Assembly: GCA_964609615.1 (NCBI GenBank)
Contig: CAZSRL010000001.1
Span: 29,875-93,510 of the forward strand
Origin: an uncultured Muribaculaceae bacterium
GTDB lineage: Bacteria > Bacillota_I > Bacilli_A > RF39 > UBA660
Length of the DNA: 63,636 nucleotides
Reading direction: 5' to 3'
Of this stretch, positions 28,101 through 36,238 are shown piece by piece. Numbering within the stretch: position 1 is the first letter of the stretch; the number at the start of each line of letters is the position of its first letter. The translations under genes were made by a program, and so were the position numbers. Under the pieces are notes generated by a model. That model was given only the letters and a program-made list of their open reading frames with translations. It did no database searches and was not told the DNA's origin.

Positions 28101-28548
28101 AATAAGCATCTTGAACATTTGAACTTGCTATATAAGAAAATCCTGATGATCTAACTGCATATATATCTTGATGGTCACCAAAAATAGAAAGTGCATGTGT
28201 TGATAAGCTTCTAGCAGCTACATGGATAACTCCTGGGAGCATTTCTCCAGCTACTTTGTACATTGTTGGGAGCATTAATAAAAGTCCTTGAGAAGCTGTA
28301 AAAGTTGTACTTAAACTTCCTCCTTGTAAAGAACCATGAAAAACTCCTGATGCTCCTGCTTCACTTTGCATTTCAATTACATTAGCAATATCACCAAATA
28401 AATTCTTTTTTCCTTCGCTTGAAAACTTATCACATAAAGTTGCCATTGGAGATGCTGGAGTTATTGGATAAATCCCTGCTACCTCTGTAAAATAATATGC
28501 TGCAGTTGCACAAGCTTCATTACCATCCATTACACTATATTTTTTCAC
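25156..28548 (-). CDS. nifJ: Pyruvate:ferredoxin (flavodoxin) oxidoreductase, single-chain NifJ/PFOR
   Basis: About 1130 aa. MDGNEACATAAYYFTEVAGIYPITPASPMA N-terminus, two 4Fe-4S motifs (CIECNNCSIVCPH, CTGCGLCMAACPG), and TPP-binding GGDGWAYDIGYGG. The track GTG 28557 lies in the SD AGGTGA, so I use GTG 28548. Confidence 0.95.
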   Translation of the reverse strand: MKKYSVMDGNEACATAAYYFTEVAGIYPITPASPMATLCDKFSSEGKKNLFGDIANVIEMQSEAGASGVFHGSLQGGSLSTTFTASQGLLLMLPTMYKVAGEMLPGVIHVAARSLSTHALSIFGDHQDIYAVRSSGFSYIASSNVQDAYYLALITHLSALKSSIPFLHFFDGFRTSHELNKIEILEDEDINKLINKEDIKKFKKRSLNISKNTTRGTSQTEDIYFQMTEARNKYYDEIPNIVKKEMDKLNILMDTNYKPFNYYGSPKAKKIIIAMGSVCETIKEYVKQSNEEIGFIEVHLYRPFSVKYLLDVLPKTVRKIAVIDRTKEPGSEGEPLYLDVKSALSEKNIEVIGGRYGLSSKNTTPALIKSVFDNLDKQIPINRFTVGIIDDVTNLSLKETKYKLNKKYKEIKVYAFGSDGMVSGCKNLLKVIAKDNFIQGYFEYDSKKSSGVTISHLRIDNEQIKAPYYTTEPSLVVVTKEDYLNFYDVLEGIKPNGIFVLNSDKTDIELNNIIPNKIKEEIQNKNIKFFVTSADALAKKHGLKGKISSIITTYMLKMLGCSIDNLEEYKKILTKTYSDKGQNVIDANINLVDEATDYIREFNKSRFTFKEEIAPKDKTITDIMLKRRGDLLPVSNFIENADGTFEGGTSKSDKRKLSSLVPKWNKDNCIECNNCSIVCPHAVIRAHSIKNKDLSNYKLSDEFTIPSSGEVDKSFYISVSETNCTGCGLCMAACPGKNEKKALSMGTYDKQLDKISDLLNEKHINETDFNKYTIKGLGFKKPYFEFPGACAGCGETSYLKILTQLYKDELIISNATGCSSIYGASLPSTPYKIPWINSLFEDNAEVGLGLYSSYEKNKEKIKQIMYKTKDEVHKSVKDIYKKWITNMDDYDITREVYEELKEKSIPKELNELYEYIPSKKIWIVGGDGWAYDIGYGGLDHVLHTNSNVKVLVLDSEVYSNTGGQASKSTKASAIAEFTSNGKKTNKKDLFRMLMAIPNVYVASVSLKASPTQTLKAFKEANEHVGPSVIIAYSPCIAHGIKGGLSSSTEEEKLLVETGYNILMRYKPNDGLYIDSKEPDFSKYEEVFKKELRYKNLEELNAKEYNELYNKNIDFAKKRFEYYKTQKKEIE

Positions 28549-28649
28549 TATTATCACCTATTATAAATTATACAATAAAAAAAGTTTTTTATAAATATAA
28601 AATATAAAAAACTATTTTTATGTTACTAAGAAATTCATAACTAAATCTA

Positions 28650-28991
28650 CTAAAATATTTTTGTTGCCCATTTCCTAAACAACACCCCATTTTGAGATTT
28701 CACTCTATAACCAACGCTTATTATCATATCTAAATCGTAGTGTTTTGTACGATATTCCTTGCCATCTGAAGCAGTTATTCGGAAAAACTGGTTAACTGTA
28801 TTATCAAGTTCTTTTTCTTTGAAAATGTTATTAATATGTTCATTTATCGTCCTTATATCTTTATCAAATAACAACGCCATTTGTTTTTGGGTAAGCCATA
28901 CAGTTTCTTTATTTAAATTAACGTCAAGTTTTAGTCCTCCTTCTTCGAATATTACAATATTATTTTTGTTTTTTTCATGTTTTTCCTCCTT
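28650..28991 (-). pseudogene. RhuM-family (virulence/Fic-associated) gene remnant, 5'-frameshifted and 3'-truncated
   Basis: The frame reads ...NNIVIFEEGGLKLDVNLNKETVWLTQKQMALLFDKDIRTINEHINNIFKEKEL...DMIISVGYRVKSQNGVLFRKWAT, the conserved RhuM N-terminal region. The only upstream ATG (28978) is one base out of frame across an A-run. The ORF stops after ~110 codons, whereas I recall RhuM proteins being about 300 aa or longer. Confidence 0.6.
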
Positions 28992-29009
28992 TTATAAAAA
29001 AATTTAATT

Positions 29010-29041
29010 AAAAAACATATGAGATTTATCATATGTTTTTT
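29010..29041. terminator. Bidirectional terminator downstream of the nucleotidyltransferase gene
   Basis: aaaaaacatatga gattta tcatatgtttttt is a 13-bp stem including A/T runs. Confidence 0.5.
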
Positions 29042-29089
29042 AACTCTTATATTAGGTATATAATATAATTATTAAATATTCAAACTTTT

Positions 29090-29989
29090 TTAAAAAAGTT
29101 TGTTTGGATATTCTTTGTTATCATGAAGTTTTTTTATTTCTTTTTTTACTTTATCAACATCTTCTTTATATGTTATTCCAATCCATTTAGAATCAGTCAT
29201 TATAGATTTTACTTTAATAGCATCTTCATTAATCATTTTATTTACTACTTTAGGAAGTGAATATTCAATATTATCTAATTCATTTATGTTGTTTTTAAAG
29301 AATTTTATTATATCTTTTTCTAAATATTCAAATAAATATGGTGTAAATCCAAACATGTTCATAGATGTTATTGTATTTGGATCTTCTATAATATATTTAT
29401 CTTTATTTTCTAAACATGAATAGTAATTTTCTCTTTCTTTTTTAACAAATATTCCAAGTATTTTTTCAATATTATCTTGATCATTAACAATACATTTTGC
29501 TCTATTAAGTTTTTCTGGTGAATTAATTGTGTTTTTTAATTTATAATCTATTGAAACAAATTCTTTTTCTTCTAAATTATTAAGTTCATCACTTAATAAT
29601 TTAAATGCATTTTTTCCATAAAAATCATCTGCGTTAATTAGTCCAAAATTTTCCTTTATCACGTCTTTTGCACAATATACTGCGTGTGCTATACCAAATG
29701 GTTTAATTCTAGTTTTAGGAATTTCTACAAATGATTCTATATTATCATTTGTTTGAAATATATAATGTATTTCACATATTTTTTCTATTTCTTTTCCAAC
29801 CACTTCTTTTATTACTTCATAGTTTTCTTTTCTTACTATAATTACTATTTTATTAAATCCATTTTTAATAGCATCAAATATAGAGTAATGTAATATTACT
29901 TCTTCATTTGGACCTACTGGTTGTATTTGTTTTAATCCACCAAAACGATTTCCCATGCCTGCGGCAGCTATTAAAAGTGTTTTTTTCAT
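29090..29989 (-). CDS. Sugar-phosphate nucleotidyltransferase family protein (substrate unknown)
   Basis: N-terminal LIAAAGMGNRFGGLKQ (the GxGxR-K nucleotide-binding signature of the NTP_transferase fold), 299 aa. Start overlaps the HAD stop (TAATG). Confidence 0.7.
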   Translation of the reverse strand: MKKTLLIAAAGMGNRFGGLKQIQPVGPNEEVILHYSIFDAIKNGFNKIVIIVRKENYEVIKEVVGKEIEKICEIHYIFQTNDNIESFVEIPKTRIKPFGIAHAVYCAKDVIKENFGLINADDFYGKNAFKLLSDELNNLEEKEFVSIDYKLKNTINSPEKLNRAKCIVNDQDNIEKILGIFVKKERENYYSCLENKDKYIIEDPNTITSMNMFGFTPYLFEYLEKDIIKFFKNNINELDNIEYSLPKVVNKMINEDAIKVKSIMTDSKWIGITYKEDVDKVKKEIKKLHDNKEYPNKLF

Positions 29990-30561
29990 TATTTAAATAA
30001 TCTTCTTTCTACTTCTTTTCCTTTTACAATATATGCATCTTTAGCAAGTTTTAACATTGGAACATCAGACAAACTATCACTATAAGCTTCTTGAACTTCT
30101 ACATTTTTATATTCTTTTCTAAATCTTTTTACTTTTTCTTCATCATGACAATTTTCTCCAATGATTTTACCTGTTTTTACATTATATTTAGTACATATTA
30201 CATTTTTTATTTGCATTCTTTTACATAAAGGAACTAAATAAAAATCAAGTGAAGCACTAATAATAATGTCATCATCTCTTTTTCTATCCACATAGAATGT
30301 TTTCATCCTATCTTTATAAATCATTGCAAAATCTTCTATAAGTTCATCTAAGTCTTCAATTTTATTTACAAAACTAAATACATATTGTTTTAATTCCTTA
30401 AAACTAATATTTCTAACTGCATAACGTATGCAATACCAAATTGATTTAAACAAATGAAAATAAACTAATCCAGGATATTTATCCATACAATATCTTATAA
30501 AATCATATCCAGAATCTCCATTGTATATTGCGTTATCAAAATCATATATATTACGTTTCAT
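29989..30561 (-). CDS. HAD-superfamily phosphatase (HAD-IB-like)
   Basis: Motif I DFDNAIY near the N-terminus, a cap-like insert, and late SDSLSDVPMLKLA (motif IV-like). 190 aa. Confidence 0.65.
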   Translation of the reverse strand: MKRNIYDFDNAIYNGDSGYDFIRYCMDKYPGLVYFHLFKSIWYCIRYAVRNISFKELKQYVFSFVNKIEDLDELIEDFAMIYKDRMKTFYVDRKRDDDIIISASLDFYLVPLCKRMQIKNVICTKYNVKTGKIIGENCHDEEKVKRFRKEYKNVEVQEAYSDSLSDVPMLKLAKDAYIVKGKEVERRLFK

Positions 30562-30688
30562 TAAAACCTCTCCTTCTACATTTATTTTAACATATTAAAT
30601 ACATAAGAAAAACAAAATATGTCTTAACTTTGCATTTTTATGCTTAATCTGACAATTATTTTGTTTTGTTAGTATTTTAAAAAATTAC

Positions 30689-32278
30689 TTAATCAGTTTC
30701 TATTTCATATCTCTGTATATTATTTATTAAATAATCATATTTACCTAAATTAAAATTAATTATTGTTTTAAATCTTTTTTTAGTAAAAATTTTGCCTCTT
30801 GTAATGATTATTATTTTATCATAATACTCATTTATTCTTTTATCTTCAATAACATTTTTATTTATTTTTAATGATTTAGCATATCCTTTGGGAATAATTC
30901 TTTCATTATGACCAATTCTTTCTAATTCAACTAGCTTTGTAGGCATTCTAGATAACAATGGATCTGTTAAAGCATAGTCATCAATTATTATAATATCTTT
31001 TGGTGAATAATAACCTAAAACTCCAACTGTATATGCTATCCAAACATTATTATATTTTTTTTCTTTAAATGGATCCATGTTATCGTAAATATTATTATCA
31101 TTTGCTCCTCTTATTGGGCTTGTGTAATTATAATAAAAAGCTTGTTCATCTAATACTTTATTAATTGATTTATCAAACATTGATAATCCGAAAGTATTTC
31201 TATTAATACTATATGTGTGTGTTATTGAAAAGACAGATATTATTATTAATATCAATAAAATATATTTTTTTCTATTGCTTGATGATTTTTTTATTTTAAT
31301 TTGTGATAATACTATTAGTGATACTAAGAAAGCAGGAGTTAAAAATCTTGCTAACATAAAATCTCCACCAACATATATAATATAAATTATTGATAATAGT
31401 ATTCCTAATGATAAATATTTTATTTTATTTTCAATTTGATTTGTAAATAATAATATAATTGCTATTATAGGAATAATAGCTGTAATAAAGTCTAATATTA
31501 GATTTGCATGTATATATTTTAATCCATTTATTATTAATTCAATTTGAGGAAAATCTAAATTTGTTTTAGCATACATTGTATTTGGAAAAAAGAATCCATA
31601 ATATATAAATGAAAATATTTCCCAAGCAATAAATGGAATTATACTTAACAAACCAATTGATATACTTTTAATAATGCTTGTTTGTTTGTCTTTTTTTACA
31701 AAAAATGCATAAATTAAAGATGGCAATACTAAAAGAATTGAATCCATTCTATTTAGTAATAATAAAGATGCAATAAATCCTAATAATAATAGTCTTTTTT
31801 TATCATATGTTTTATATTTAAAGAATATATAATAAAAAATACTTAATAACAAAAATGTTAATGATGTTTCTAAACCAGAAGTTGTAAATGCTAAAAATGA
31901 TTTACTCATTAATATAAGTATTATTATAATTATAGATATTTTATGGTTTTTTGATATTTTAAACAATAACAAATATACAGCAATTATACTCGCAATCAAA
32001 TTAAATATAATAGATGTAAAAATAAGTTCTTTTGTAAATATACATAACCCACTTAGTATAAGTACTTGTAATGGATTTGTAAATGCCTGTACTCTTTCAA
32101 ATGTATTCCAAGTAAGCCCATCACCATTAATAAAGTTTTTTACAGTTCTAAATGATATAAAAGCGTCATCGCCTAACCACATACCAATAATTATTGTTAT
32201 TATAAATGTTATAAATAATACAACTAATATTTTATAATCTAATTTTTTTTGTTTAAATTTATTTACTGCTTTTTTCAT
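30689..32278 (-). CDS. GT-C-fold polytopic membrane glycosyltransferase (polyprenyl-phosphate-sugar dependent; arabinofuranosyl/ribofuranosyl-transferase candidate)
   Basis: 529 aa with at least 10 predicted TM helices and a ~180-aa C-terminal soluble domain. The first loop after TM1 carries GDDAFISFRTVKNFINGDGLTWN, the acidic DD motif position typical of GT-C enzymes. Confidence 0.55.
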   Translation of the reverse strand: MKKAVNKFKQKKLDYKILVVLFITFIITIIIGMWLGDDAFISFRTVKNFINGDGLTWNTFERVQAFTNPLQVLILSGLCIFTKELIFTSIIFNLIASIIAVYLLLFKISKNHKISIIIIILILMSKSFLAFTTSGLETSLTFLLLSIFYYIFFKYKTYDKKRLLLLGFIASLLLLNRMDSILLVLPSLIYAFFVKKDKQTSIIKSISIGLLSIIPFIAWEIFSFIYYGFFFPNTMYAKTNLDFPQIELIINGLKYIHANLILDFITAIIPIIAIILLFTNQIENKIKYLSLGILLSIIYIIYVGGDFMLARFLTPAFLVSLIVLSQIKIKKSSSNRKKYILLILIIISVFSITHTYSINRNTFGLSMFDKSINKVLDEQAFYYNYTSPIRGANDNNIYDNMDPFKEKKYNNVWIAYTVGVLGYYSPKDIIIIDDYALTDPLLSRMPTKLVELERIGHNERIIPKGYAKSLKINKNVIEDKRINEYYDKIIIITRGKIFTKKRFKTIINFNLGKYDYLINNIQRYEIETD

Positions 32279-32295
32279 TATTTACCTATCTTTCA

Positions 32296-33486
32296 TTACT
32301 TTGTTATTTGCCCAACTATATTTAGCATTGTATCAGTTTTTCCATATTTTATAAGATGAAAATTTCTCTCTGGAAAAAACACAATAGTAATCATTATTAG
32401 TAAAACAATACTCATTATTATACTTAACAATACTTTTTGTTTAGTAATCTTTTTATTATCTTTATTAGCAAAGAATAAATACATCATTAATAATAAAAAT
32501 GTATTAATAAGAAACATATACCATCTACCATAATCACATAGTATGAAAAATAGTATGGATGGAGATACTGTTGAAAGCATCATTAATATAAAAATAAGTT
32601 TATTTTTTGATTTTTTATATAATTTTATAAAACATGTTTTTAAACCAATAATAATAATTAATATATAACCAACTATAGCTATAATATAGTCTAAAATATT
32701 TTGTTCTGCTGTATATGTTTTTATTAATTCCCTGTTTCCTTGTGAGGTTGAATAATAATAATCATTTATTACAGCAGGATCGATATCTAAAGAAGATTTA
32801 ATATTTAAATAATTTATAAATTCATTGCTACTATTAAAGTTAGGTGTAAAGATTATAAATCTAACAACAATAAACATAGAAAGCAATACAATAATATTAA
32901 TAATAAATGTTTTTAAATAATTTTTTTCTTTTGTATTACTATATTCATATAACAATACCATACAAATCATTGGAGAAAGCCAAATTAAATAACTTTCATG
33001 TATTAACATACCAATTATACTAAATATTGGAATTAAAAATAATTTCTTTTTATTAATACATAATAAAGAAAGTATTCCCAATATATAAATGTAAATATCT
33101 AATCTACCTAATTCAAGATAACTATACATAAAAGTAAATGATCCGGTATTTATAATAAATAATAATGCTATTAAAATAAAATAATTGTTATATTTTTTTA
33201 CTAACATGTTTAATACATAACTAATAAAGAACATTAAACTAAATATTATAAATATATTGGCAATTACTACTTCTGTTTTTGTAGTTAAACCCAGTAATAA
33301 AAATATTTCCCCTATTAATCCTCTAGATATTAAACCATTATCATAATTAATAGCGTAATATGTTAATGTATAAGAATTCATTGAATCGAACGGACTTAGT
33401 TTATAAAAGAAAAAAAATACTAAAATAGCCATGAAAAAAAAGAAAAAAAAGTTCTTTTGTTTTAAATTGTTAATAAAGTTATTCAT
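32296..33486 (-). CDS. Polytopic membrane protein (second GT-C-like/polymerase-like candidate), family not recognised
   Basis: About 396 aa and almost entirely TM helices. The track GTG 33495 is inside the SD AAGGTGA, so I use ATG 33486. Three T8 tracts lie in the first 30 codons. Confidence 0.5.
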   Translation of the reverse strand: MNNFINNLKQKNFFFFFFMAILVFFFFYKLSPFDSMNSYTLTYYAINYDNGLISRGLIGEIFLLLGLTTKTEVVIANIFIIFSLMFFISYVLNMLVKKYNNYFILIALLFIINTGSFTFMYSYLELGRLDIYIYILGILSLLCINKKKLFLIPIFSIIGMLIHESYLIWLSPMICMVLLYEYSNTKEKNYLKTFIINIIVLLSMFIVVRFIIFTPNFNSSNEFINYLNIKSSLDIDPAVINDYYYSTSQGNRELIKTYTAEQNILDYIIAIVGYILIIIIGLKTCFIKLYKKSKNKLIFILMMLSTVSPSILFFILCDYGRWYMFLINTFLLLMMYLFFANKDNKKITKQKVLLSIIMSIVLLIMITIVFFPERNFHLIKYGKTDTMLNIVGQITK

Positions 33487-33536
33487 ATACTTCACCTTTA
33501 AATATTATATCAAAGAAAAAGTAAAATAAAAAGTAG

Positions 33537-34583
33537 TTAAAAGAACTTTTTAACTACTCCTAAGATTCCTTGTTTCCATGGCACTCTATGGCTTACACCA
33601 CTTGTATTTTTAAAGTTTTTTAGATTTTTTAAATACCATTTATAATTTCTTAATAAAGCATCCTTATTTGAATATTTAGGATTATAACATAATTTTTTTC
33701 TTGCTTTTTCTATTGATACAAAACTATCTTTACTTGCTGTTTCATATACCCATTTATATAACGGAGATAAGTGTAAGAATTCCAATACTCTTAATCCAAA
33801 TATAACTGGAACTGCGGGAAATCCTTTTATCTTTTTTCCGTATCCAGCATAATCAAGTACTGCCTGATAATCTTCTTTCATTGTTGTGTAATCACTTGCT
33901 CCAATATTAAATACATCATTTACTTTAGATTTTGGAAGAGTCATTGACAATAAAATTGCATCACATAAATCATCTACGTCTAGAAGTTGATATCTGTTGT
34001 TTCCACTACCAATCATTGGAAATCCTCTTCCATCATTAGCCCAATCATAAAACATTGCAAAAACTCCAAGTCTTTCAGGACCAATAAATGATTTTGGTCT
34101 AATAATAGTTGTTGTTAATCCTTTATTTCTAAACTTAATACATTCTTTTTCAGCTTCTATTTTAGCAATTCCATAAGGACCAACACCATCTAATTTATCA
34201 GTTTCTAAAAGTGGATGATGATCAGGAATACCATATACCGCTGTTGAAGATATTTGAATAAATCTTTTTATTTTGTTTTTATAAGCACTAGTTACTACAT
34301 TTTTACTTCCAGCAATATCAGTAGTAAATATTTCTTTTTTTGTATATAAAGGTAATGCCGCAGCACAATGAATACAATAAGTACATCCTTTCATACATTT
34401 ATTAACTTGTTTCATGTTTCTAATATCGCCTACAACGTGTTCAATTTTATCCATGCAATCTTTATAATCAAATGCAACTAAATCAAGAGAAATAACATCA
34501 TATCCTTCTTTTAACAATTTTCTAATTAGGTTAATACCTAAAAATCCGCTTCCTCCAGTTACAAACACTTTTTCTTTCTTCAT
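33537..34583 (-). CDS. NAD(P)-dependent extended SDR epimerase/dehydratase/reductase
   Basis: VFVTGGSGFLGINLIRKL Rossmann motif and YGIAK catalytic YxxxK. 348 aa. Start overlaps the GtrA stop (TAATG). Confidence 0.85.
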   Translation of the reverse strand: MKKEKVFVTGGSGFLGINLIRKLLKEGYDVISLDLVAFDYKDCMDKIEHVVGDIRNMKQVNKCMKGCTYCIHCAAALPLYTKKEIFTTDIAGSKNVVTSAYKNKIKRFIQISSTAVYGIPDHHPLLETDKLDGVGPYGIAKIEAEKECIKFRNKGLTTTIIRPKSFIGPERLGVFAMFYDWANDGRGFPMIGSGNNRYQLLDVDDLCDAILLSMTLPKSKVNDVFNIGASDYTTMKEDYQAVLDYAGYGKKIKGFPAVPVIFGLRVLEFLHLSPLYKWVYETASKDSFVSIEKARKKLCYNPKYSNKDALLRNYKWYLKNLKNFKNTSGVSHRVPWKQGILGVVKKFF

Positions 34584-35035
34584 TACTTCTCCACCTCAGT
34601 ATTAATTATAGTTTTTTTATTTTTATTTGTAAAGGCATAAAATTTTACAATTAAATATGTTATTGGTAAACCAAACATAGCCGCTAATAAATATACTATA
34701 TAATGATTCCAATTTAAAATATTAATAAATACGCATACAAAACTAAATAATATTATAAAATTTGGAATATATGATATTACAAATTTTATAAATTTTTTAA
34801 AACTTAATTTATTTTTAAAAATCAATCTAGTATTTAAATAATATGCCACAAATAAACTACTACCATATCCTATAACATATGAAATAATAGGATTTACATT
34901 AAATGATATTATTGAAGAAATAATAAAATTAGTTAATGTTCCCATTCCTCCACAAAATATGAATAATATAAAATCCTTATTAGTAAATAATTTTATTTTT
35001 TCTTTAAAACTTAAATCTTTTATTGAATCCTTCAA
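34583..35035 (-). CDS. GtrA-family small membrane protein (lipid-linked sugar translocation/chaperone)
   Basis: Four TM helices and GtrA-like FIFCGGMGTLTNFIIS. I start at TTG 35035, 7 nt after GAGGTGA, which overlaps the UbiA stop. The track start 35071 is a TTG inside ubiA. Confidence 0.75.
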   Translation of the reverse strand: MKDSIKDLSFKEKIKLFTNKDFILFIFCGGMGTLTNFIISSIISFNVNPIISYVIGYGSSLFVAYYLNTRLIFKNKLSFKKFIKFVISYIPNFIILFSFVCVFINILNWNHYIVYLLAAMFGLPITYLIVKFYAFTNKNKKTIINTEVEK

Positions 35036-35040
35036 TTTAT

Positions 35041-35877
35041 TCACCTCATTATAATTACAAAAAATATACAAAACAAAAATGTTAATCCTATCAATACTTT
35101 ATCTCTAAAAAAAACTTCTGTTGGATCACCATCTAAATCAGATTCTACATCTAAACAATATTTCATTAATATCACAAATAGAAATGGAATAGAAAAAAAT
35201 AAATATTTTATATTTTGTTCAACTACCCATAGAGAATAAAATACAATTGATAAAGTTACAGAACTATACATAAATTTATCTAAAAAATCTTTGTTATAGT
35301 TTTGTAATACAAGTCTTGATTTTGATTTATACTGTAATAATTCATTTCTTCTTTTGCCAAAAGCAAAGAAAAATGACAAACTCATAGTTGTTAAAAACAA
35401 CCAATTAGATACAGAAACATCAATAATAATTGAACCATAGTATAATCTAATAATATAAAAAACAACAAGTAACAATAAATCTAATAATATTATATTTTTT
35501 CCAATAAAACTATAAAAAACATTTAATACTAGATAAAAAAACAATAATAACCAAGAGTATAAACATAATCCAGCAGAAAAATAATTAAATAATATACTTA
35601 ATAAAAAACAAACAATCATTATTATTGTAGCTTTTAATACAGAAATATCTCCTTTTGCAATAGGCCTATTTTTTTTTGTATCATGTTTTTTATCATATGA
35701 AACATCCTTAATATCATTAATAATATATACAACAGAAGAAATAAAACAAAAGGCAATAAAACCAAATATAACATTTGATAATTCTGAAGAAAATAATTCT
35801 TTAGCAAATAACAAAGGTAAAAAAACAATAAAGTTTTTTATATATTGTTTTACTCTTAATAATTTTATATATTTCAT
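35041..35877 (-). CDS. UbiA-superfamily prenyl-phosphate phosphoribosyltransferase, decaprenyl-phosphate 5-phosphoribosyltransferase (Rv3806c/DPPR synthase)-like
   Basis: RVKQYIKNFIVFLPLLFA, YIINDIKDVSYDKKHDTKKNRPIAKGDIS (NDxxDxxxDxxHxxKxxRPIAxG), FAFGKRRNEL and C-terminal LDVESDLDGDPTEVFFRDKVL all parallel the M. tuberculosis UbiA/Rv3806c sequence as I recall it. They do not resemble the MenA/UbiA quinone enzymes. Confidence 0.75.
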   Translation of the reverse strand: MKYIKLLRVKQYIKNFIVFLPLLFAKELFSSELSNVIFGFIAFCFISSVVYIINDIKDVSYDKKHDTKKNRPIAKGDISVLKATIIMIVCFLLSILFNYFSAGLCLYSWLLLFFYLVLNVFYSFIGKNIILLDLLLLVVFYIIRLYYGSIIIDVSVSNWLFLTTMSLSFFFAFGKRRNELLQYKSKSRLVLQNYNKDFLDKFMYSSVTLSIVFYSLWVVEQNIKYLFFSIPFLFVILMKYCLDVESDLDGDPTEVFFRDKVLIGLTFLFCIFFVIIMR

Positions 35878-35933
35878 ACCTCACACATCCTACTTATATA
35901 TTCTACCATATTTAATTAATAAATAAAAATAAA

Positions 35934-35970
35934 AGTCAAAAAAATCTTACTTTTGTTTTAGTAAGATTTT
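35934..35970 (-). terminator. Rho-independent terminator directly after the out-of-frame PASTA tail ORF
   Basis: aaaatcttac (35941-35950) and gtaagatttt (35961-35970), with a T-run on the minus strand (plus-strand A-run 35938-35944). Confidence 0.55.
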
Positions 35971-36238
35971 ATTCTCCAAGAATATTTAAAATTGAATTAT
36001 CATTAATCACTGACTCTTTATTACTATCATTTACTTTTTTATTGTTTTGTTTGATGATCTCATTTTTATTATTATGTTCTTCTTTGCTATTTTCTTTTAT
36101 TATTTTTTCTCTCTTAGCAACGTATACAATTATTTCTTCATTACTATTTATATTTGAACCAGGATTTATAGAATAATTTATTATATTATTATTTGGAATA
36201 TCATTATTTATTTTATATTTAATTTTATATTTTATATT
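35969..36238 (-). pseudogene. Out-of-frame 3' continuation of the PASTA-repeat gene (final PASTA-like unit plus Asn/Lys-rich tail)
   Basis: The frame one base off from 36225..37301 reads NIKYKIKYKINNDIPNNNIINYSINPGSNINSNEEIIVYVAKREKIIKEN...ILGE*. The PASTA-like ending (INPGSNI...IIVYVAK) is followed at once by a terminator. The frames switch within an ATAAAAT-ATAAAAT repeat at ~36225-36240. Confidence 0.5.

Noticed and set aside
35634-35828. 64-aa minus-strand ORF inside the UbiA-like gene
   Set aside because: It is an alternative frame of a gene whose main frame carries clear family motifs. It has no independent SD.
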